A DNA stretch of 50,023 bases from an uncultured bacterium (GTDB taxonomy: Bacteria; Abyssobacteria; SURF-5), in NCBI GenBank assembly GCA_964607485.1, contig CAZSKP010000032.1, positions 1 through 50,023 of the forward strand, written 5' to 3'. The translations under genes were made by a program, and so were the position numbers. Shown in pieces: positions 46,451 through 50,023 of this stretch. Numbering within the stretch: position 1 is the first letter of the stretch; each line of letters starts with the position of its first letter. The notes under the pieces were generated by a model, which saw nothing but the letters and a program-made list of their open reading frames with translations, was not told where the DNA came from and searched no databases.

Positions 46451-47754
46451 TTCGTCGAATGGTCGCATCGGCTTTGCTCGTCGCCCCGCTGCTCTTTTGC
46501 GCCGCCACGGCGCTGGGCCAGGGTGATATAATCATAGATATCCATGAGCCGGGCACAGCGAAAATAAAGATCGGTGTTCCACCGCTCACAAGGGACCCCG
46601 CTTCGGCCGGGCTCGCACGACCGGATGCGGGCGAAGAGTTCATCCGAGTGGTTCGCGACGACCTCGATTTTAGCGGCCTGTTCCAGGTCTTCACTACGCC
46701 TCCCATAGGGAGTGGGTCTGCCGGAAGTGCATCATCGTCCGTGCCTCTGAAGGCGTGGATACCGCTCGACGTGCAATCGGTTGTCCAGGGCGAATACAGG
46801 CAGGTCGGCGACAGGATAACCTTCGAGTGCGCGTTGTTCGACGTCGAATCCGAAACGCGCATCGTCGGACGGCGTTACAGGGGCACGCCGGGCGAGGTCA
46901 GGTCGATTGCTCATACGTTCGCCGATGAGATTGTTTACCGCTACACGGGAAAGCGGGGCGTCGGGCATACCTCCATCGCCTACGTGAAGGAAAAGGCGGG
47001 GCACGAAGAAATTTATATCATGGATTACGACGGCTACAACTCGTATCAGTTGACGTATGATAATTCCATAGCGCTTTCGCCCGACTGGTCGCACGACGGC
47101 AAAAGAATCGCCTTCACATCCTACAGGGACCGCAACCCCGATGTGTACATCGTGGATTTGGGGGAGAAGAAGTATGGCCGCGTGTCCGGCTATATCGGGC
47201 TGAATACCACACCCGCGTTCTCGCCCGACGGCAAAACGCTCGCCCTCACGCTCAGCAAGGATGGTAATCCGGAATTGTACCTGCTCACCCTCAAGACGGG
47301 TGAGCTTACGAGGCTGACGCGCAATTCGCGGATCGACACCTCTCCCGCCTGGTCGCCCAACGGACGGGAGATCGCGTTTGTCTCGGACCGGTCCGGCTCG
47401 CCCCAGATTTACATCATCGACCGCGAGGGCGTCAATCTGCGCAGGCTCACCTATTCCGGCTCGTACAACACCTGCCCCGCGTGGTCGCCTTCGGGAGACA
47501 GGATAGCGTATGTCTCGATGGTAGGCGGCAGGGGCGAGATATTCACCATCAGTCCCACCGGTTCGGGCATGAGGAGACTGACGTTCAACGGGGGAAACGA
47601 AGACCCGTCGTGGTCGCCCGATGGCAGGTACCTGGCCTACAGTGCGAAGGAAGGCGGTCACCAGGATATTTACCTCATGAGGGCCGACGGGTCGGGAAGA
47701 AAACGCGTCACGTCCGGAGGGGGTGATAATATGTCTCCTGCATGGTCGCCCTGA
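46447..47754 (+). CDS. tolB: Tol-Pal beta-propeller protein TolB
   Basis: DLDFSG, AHTFADEI, MDYDG and repeated P.WSPDG blades. Confidence 0.95.
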   Translation: MIRRMVASALLVAPLLFCAATALGQGDIIIDIHEPGTAKIKIGVPPLTRDPASAGLARPDAGEEFIRVVRDDLDFSGLFQVFTTPPIGSGSAGSASSSVPLKAWIPLDVQSVVQGEYRQVGDRITFECALFDVESETRIVGRRYRGTPGEVRSIAHTFADEIVYRYTGKRGVGHTSIAYVKEKAGHEEIYIMDYDGYNSYQLTYDNSIALSPDWSHDGKRIAFTSYRDRNPDVYIVDLGEKKYGRVSGYIGLNTTPAFSPDGKTLALTLSKDGNPELYLLTLKTGELTRLTRNSRIDTSPAWSPNGREIAFVSDRSGSPQIYIIDREGVNLRRLTYSGSYNTCPAWSPSGDRIAYVSMVGGRGEIFTISPTGSGMRRLTFNGGNEDPSWSPDGRYLAYSAKEGGHQDIYLMRADGSGRKRVTSGGGDNMSPAWSP

Positions 47755-47835
47755 AATCCTTTGGGGCGTCCTGAGGTTGTCATAGCCGTGAGGAAATCAA
47801 GCATGTCGAAACAAAAGAACTACGAGGAGGGAACG

Positions 47836-48429
47836 ATGCGCCGACAAATGTTGGTGTTGATGTTCTGCATGATTTTTCTCTCTGCTCTTGGAATGTTGAC
47901 AGGATGCGCCCGTAAGGGGAAGCCCGTGTCTGCGAAGTTTCCTGGAGCAGAGCCGGCAGCGACGCAGGTTAGTCCTGAAGCCACACGCCCTGGCGAACCC
48001 ATGCTGGGCGAAGGAGGAATGGAAGGGTTTGAAGAGGGTGAACTGCCCATTCAGCAGACGGAGCTCGCTCGCGATCTCCTTTTCGAGCAGGCGAGCCGGG
48101 AGCTTCAGACTATCTATTTCGACTATGACAGCTCCGTGCTCAAGCCGGCGGCAAAGGCGAGCCTGGAAAAGGGCGCCGTGTGGCTGAAGCAGAATCCCAG
48201 TGTGAACGTCCAGATCGAAGGGCATTGCGACGAGCGGGGCACCAACGAGTATAATCTGGCCCTGGGCGAGAGGCGCGCGCTGGCGGCCAGACGCTACCTG
48301 GTCAGCCTCGGCATAAATCCGGACCGGGTATTCACGATTAGTTACGGCGAGGAAAGGCCCGCAGTGGAAGGTCACGACGAGTCGGCCTGGAAATATAACA
48401 GGCGCGACGAGTTTAAGGTATCCTTCTGA
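47836..48429 (+). CDS. pal: peptidoglycan-associated lipoprotein
   Basis: Lipobox LTGC, IYFDYD, IEGHCDERGTNEYNLALGERRA, SYGEERP, NRR. ATG after GAGGAGG. Confidence 0.96.
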   Translation: MRRQMLVLMFCMIFLSALGMLTGCARKGKPVSAKFPGAEPAATQVSPEATRPGEPMLGEGGMEGFEEGELPIQQTELARDLLFEQASRELQTIYFDYDSSVLKPAAKASLEKGAVWLKQNPSVNVQIEGHCDERGTNEYNLALGERRALAARRYLVSLGINPDRVFTISYGEERPAVEGHDESAWKYNRRDEFKVSF

Positions 48430-48483
48430 GCCTGCGCTTTCCATGGGGCAGGCTCGCCGGCTCGCGGGCGGAAGGGAGGATAG

Positions 48484-49437
48484 ATGCCACATTCAACGAA
48501 TAAAGCCTGGCTGATTCTGATTTGCATACTCTCTTACTTCTCCATGGGACAGGCCGGCTGCCAGACGACGTCTCAGCAGGACATCGTGTACATACGGTCC
48601 GACATGGTGCGCGTCAAGCGCGACATAGAAGAGATCAAACAGAGGCTTGGCTCGTCCGCTCCCACGGCATCTGGCGACATCGTGAGGAATCAGGCTGCGC
48701 AGGGAGAGGCTTTGCTGCAGCTGCAGGAGGGCCAGCAGCGAACGGAGAGCAGAATCGAGGAAACACGATACGAGATTGCGGCTCTGAGACAGGAAATCAC
48801 CAACCTCAAGCTGAACCTGATCAACCAAATGGAGGCACTGAGGATGGGTGAGAAAGGGGCTGTTGTCCGCCCACAGCCTTTACAGCCCGCGCCGACGCCG
48901 TCCCAGGTTCCGAGCGCGTTGCCGTCGGCTCCGTCGGTTCCTGCTCCGACGGCTCCCGTGAAACCGACGCCGCCCACGCCGCCAGCAGCGTCACCGACGC
49001 CGGCCGCGCCTCGCGCTGCGGCAACCGTTCCCAGAGCCGAGCCGCCTCAGCCTCCGGAGCCGATCGATTACACGAAGCTGTACGATACGGCCTACGAGGA
49101 CTACGTGCGGCAGAGCTATTCGCTTGCGCGCAACGGCTTCGAAGAGTATCTCCGGCGGTTCCCCGACACCGACCTCGCCGACAACGCGCAGTATTGGATA
49201 GGCGAGTGTTACTACGCCGAAGGGAAATATGAAGAGGCCGCGGAGGCTTTCAAACAGGTGATAACTCGCTATCCGACCGGCAACAAGGTGCCGAGGGCCA
49301 TGCTCAAGGCGGGCTTCGCGCTGCTGCAGTTGGGAAGGGACGACCAGGCCAGGGCCATGTTCCAGCAGGTCATCGATGCATATCCGCTCTCGAGCGAAGC
49401 CGATCAGGCCAAGACAAAGCTGAAGAAAATGAGGTAG
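48484..49437 (+). CDS. cpoB: Tol-Pal system protein CpoB/YbgF
   Basis: Signal peptide, coiled coil, Pro-rich linker, TPRs (ADNAQYWIGE, YPTGNKVP.AMLK). Follows pal. Confidence 0.92.
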   Translation: MPHSTNKAWLILICILSYFSMGQAGCQTTSQQDIVYIRSDMVRVKRDIEEIKQRLGSSAPTASGDIVRNQAAQGEALLQLQEGQQRTESRIEETRYEIAALRQEITNLKLNLINQMEALRMGEKGAVVRPQPLQPAPTPSQVPSALPSAPSVPAPTAPVKPTPPTPPAASPTPAAPRAAATVPRAEPPQPPEPIDYTKLYDTAYEDYVRQSYSLARNGFEEYLRRFPDTDLADNAQYWIGECYYAEGKYEEAAEAFKQVITRYPTGNKVPRAMLKAGFALLQLGRDDQARAMFQQVIDAYPLSSEADQAKTKLKKMR

Positions 49438-49462
49438 AGAACGGCTTCATAAGAGCCGGAAT

Positions 49463-49491
49463 TTGACAAGGAGGCGTCGCACACATATACT
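49463..49491 (+). promoter_or_regulatory. sigma70 promoter of tRNA-Val
   Basis: TTGACA-17 nt-TATACT, 10 nt upstream of the tRNA. Confidence 0.85.
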
Positions 49492-49501
49492 ATTTCAGTG
49501 G

Positions 49502-49574
49502 GGGCGCTTAGCTCAGTTGGTGGAGCGCTGCGTTCACATCGCAGAGGTCACTGGTTCAAGTCCAGTAGCGCCCA
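49502..49574 (+). tRNA. tRNA-Val (anticodon CAC)
   Basis: GGGCGCTTAGCTCAGTTGGTGGAGCG-CTGCG TT CAC AT CGCAG-AGGTCACTGGTTCAAGTCCAGTAGCGCCCA. Confidence 0.96.
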
Positions 49575-49919
49575 CCTTTTTCCGTGAAATGCCAGGTGGT
49601 GCCACCTGTTGCCTGGTCCTGCCGGAAGCCCTTCTTCTGGAATGGATTGCAGATGTCTTATCCAGTGATTCCCCTGCTTCGTGTTGTCAGGAGCTGTCCT
49701 TTCCTGGCCCGAAAAGCCAGATTTTTTTGGCATATATGGTGCAATGGTCGCTGTCTCATCCGGAATACTTTCCCCTCTTTGGGCGAGAACCGGCAGAGCT
49801 TCCGCTGCGGCGACCCGGTCGATGATTTCGAGGTGCGTGTATGTCTTCATCGTCTGCTGAATATCAGAATGGCGAAGCTCGCCCACACCCACCTCTTGTA
49901 GCGCTTCTTCCAGTTGGCA
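49548..49919 (-). pseudogene. C-terminal remnant of a tyrosine integrase
   Basis: LRHSDIQQTMKTYTHL matches the box II H...Y catalytic end. The frame is closed upstream by TAG at 49922-49920 and reads into the 3' end of tRNA-Val. Confidence 0.7.
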
Positions 49920-50023
49920 CTACGGGTAATGAGACGGTAACAGAAATGTCATCAAGGTGTGGCAACCACGCGCCCGCCGCACCGAAGTTATCCACATTCA
50001 TACACGCCCGACCCCTCCGCCAC

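Noticed and set aside
50013-50023. CCCTCCGCCAC matching the 3' end of tRNA-Ser(TGA) as a possible att site
   Set aside because: Only 11 bp, GC-rich, in inverted orientation and truncated by the window edge, so compatible with chance.

Overview
A GC-rich bacterial chromosomal segment from a probable anaerobic diderm: it carries Tol-Pal genes, radical SAM enzymes, a 2-hydroxyacyl-CoA dehydratase-family pair and a Sec-encoding gene. It is bounded by a tRNA-Ser/Ser/Arg cluster on the left and by tRNA-Val plus a tyrosine-integrase remnant on the right. The left half holds a Hanks kinase-pseudoreceiver-PilZ fusion, amrS, two Tat-type sulfatases with an SSS transporter, an acyl-CoA metabolism cluster, an orphan HAMP-PAS histidine kinase, uvrA and an NTPase. 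The middle holds an AT-richer two-gene insert (class III nucleotide-cyclase-like protein plus DUF3800-like protein, separated by a degenerate attC-like site), a crotonase, a peroxiredoxin-like selenoprotein that the ORF track splits at an in-frame UGA, an HDOD protein and a stand-alone HsdR_N nuclease between imperfect inverted repeats. The right half holds ino1, a TIGR01212 radical SAM protein, a fused MFS/spermidine-synthase gene behind a strongly structured leader, a YihY protein, DUF362 plus a polyferredoxin, and tolA-tolB-pal-cpoB. The best leads are the cyclase-like/DUF3800 insert, the switch-like structured RNA at ~36.7-36.9 kb, the recoded selenoprotein, the kinase-PilZ fusion and four sigma54-type promoters. 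All family calls come from motif recognition by eye; no database searches were run.
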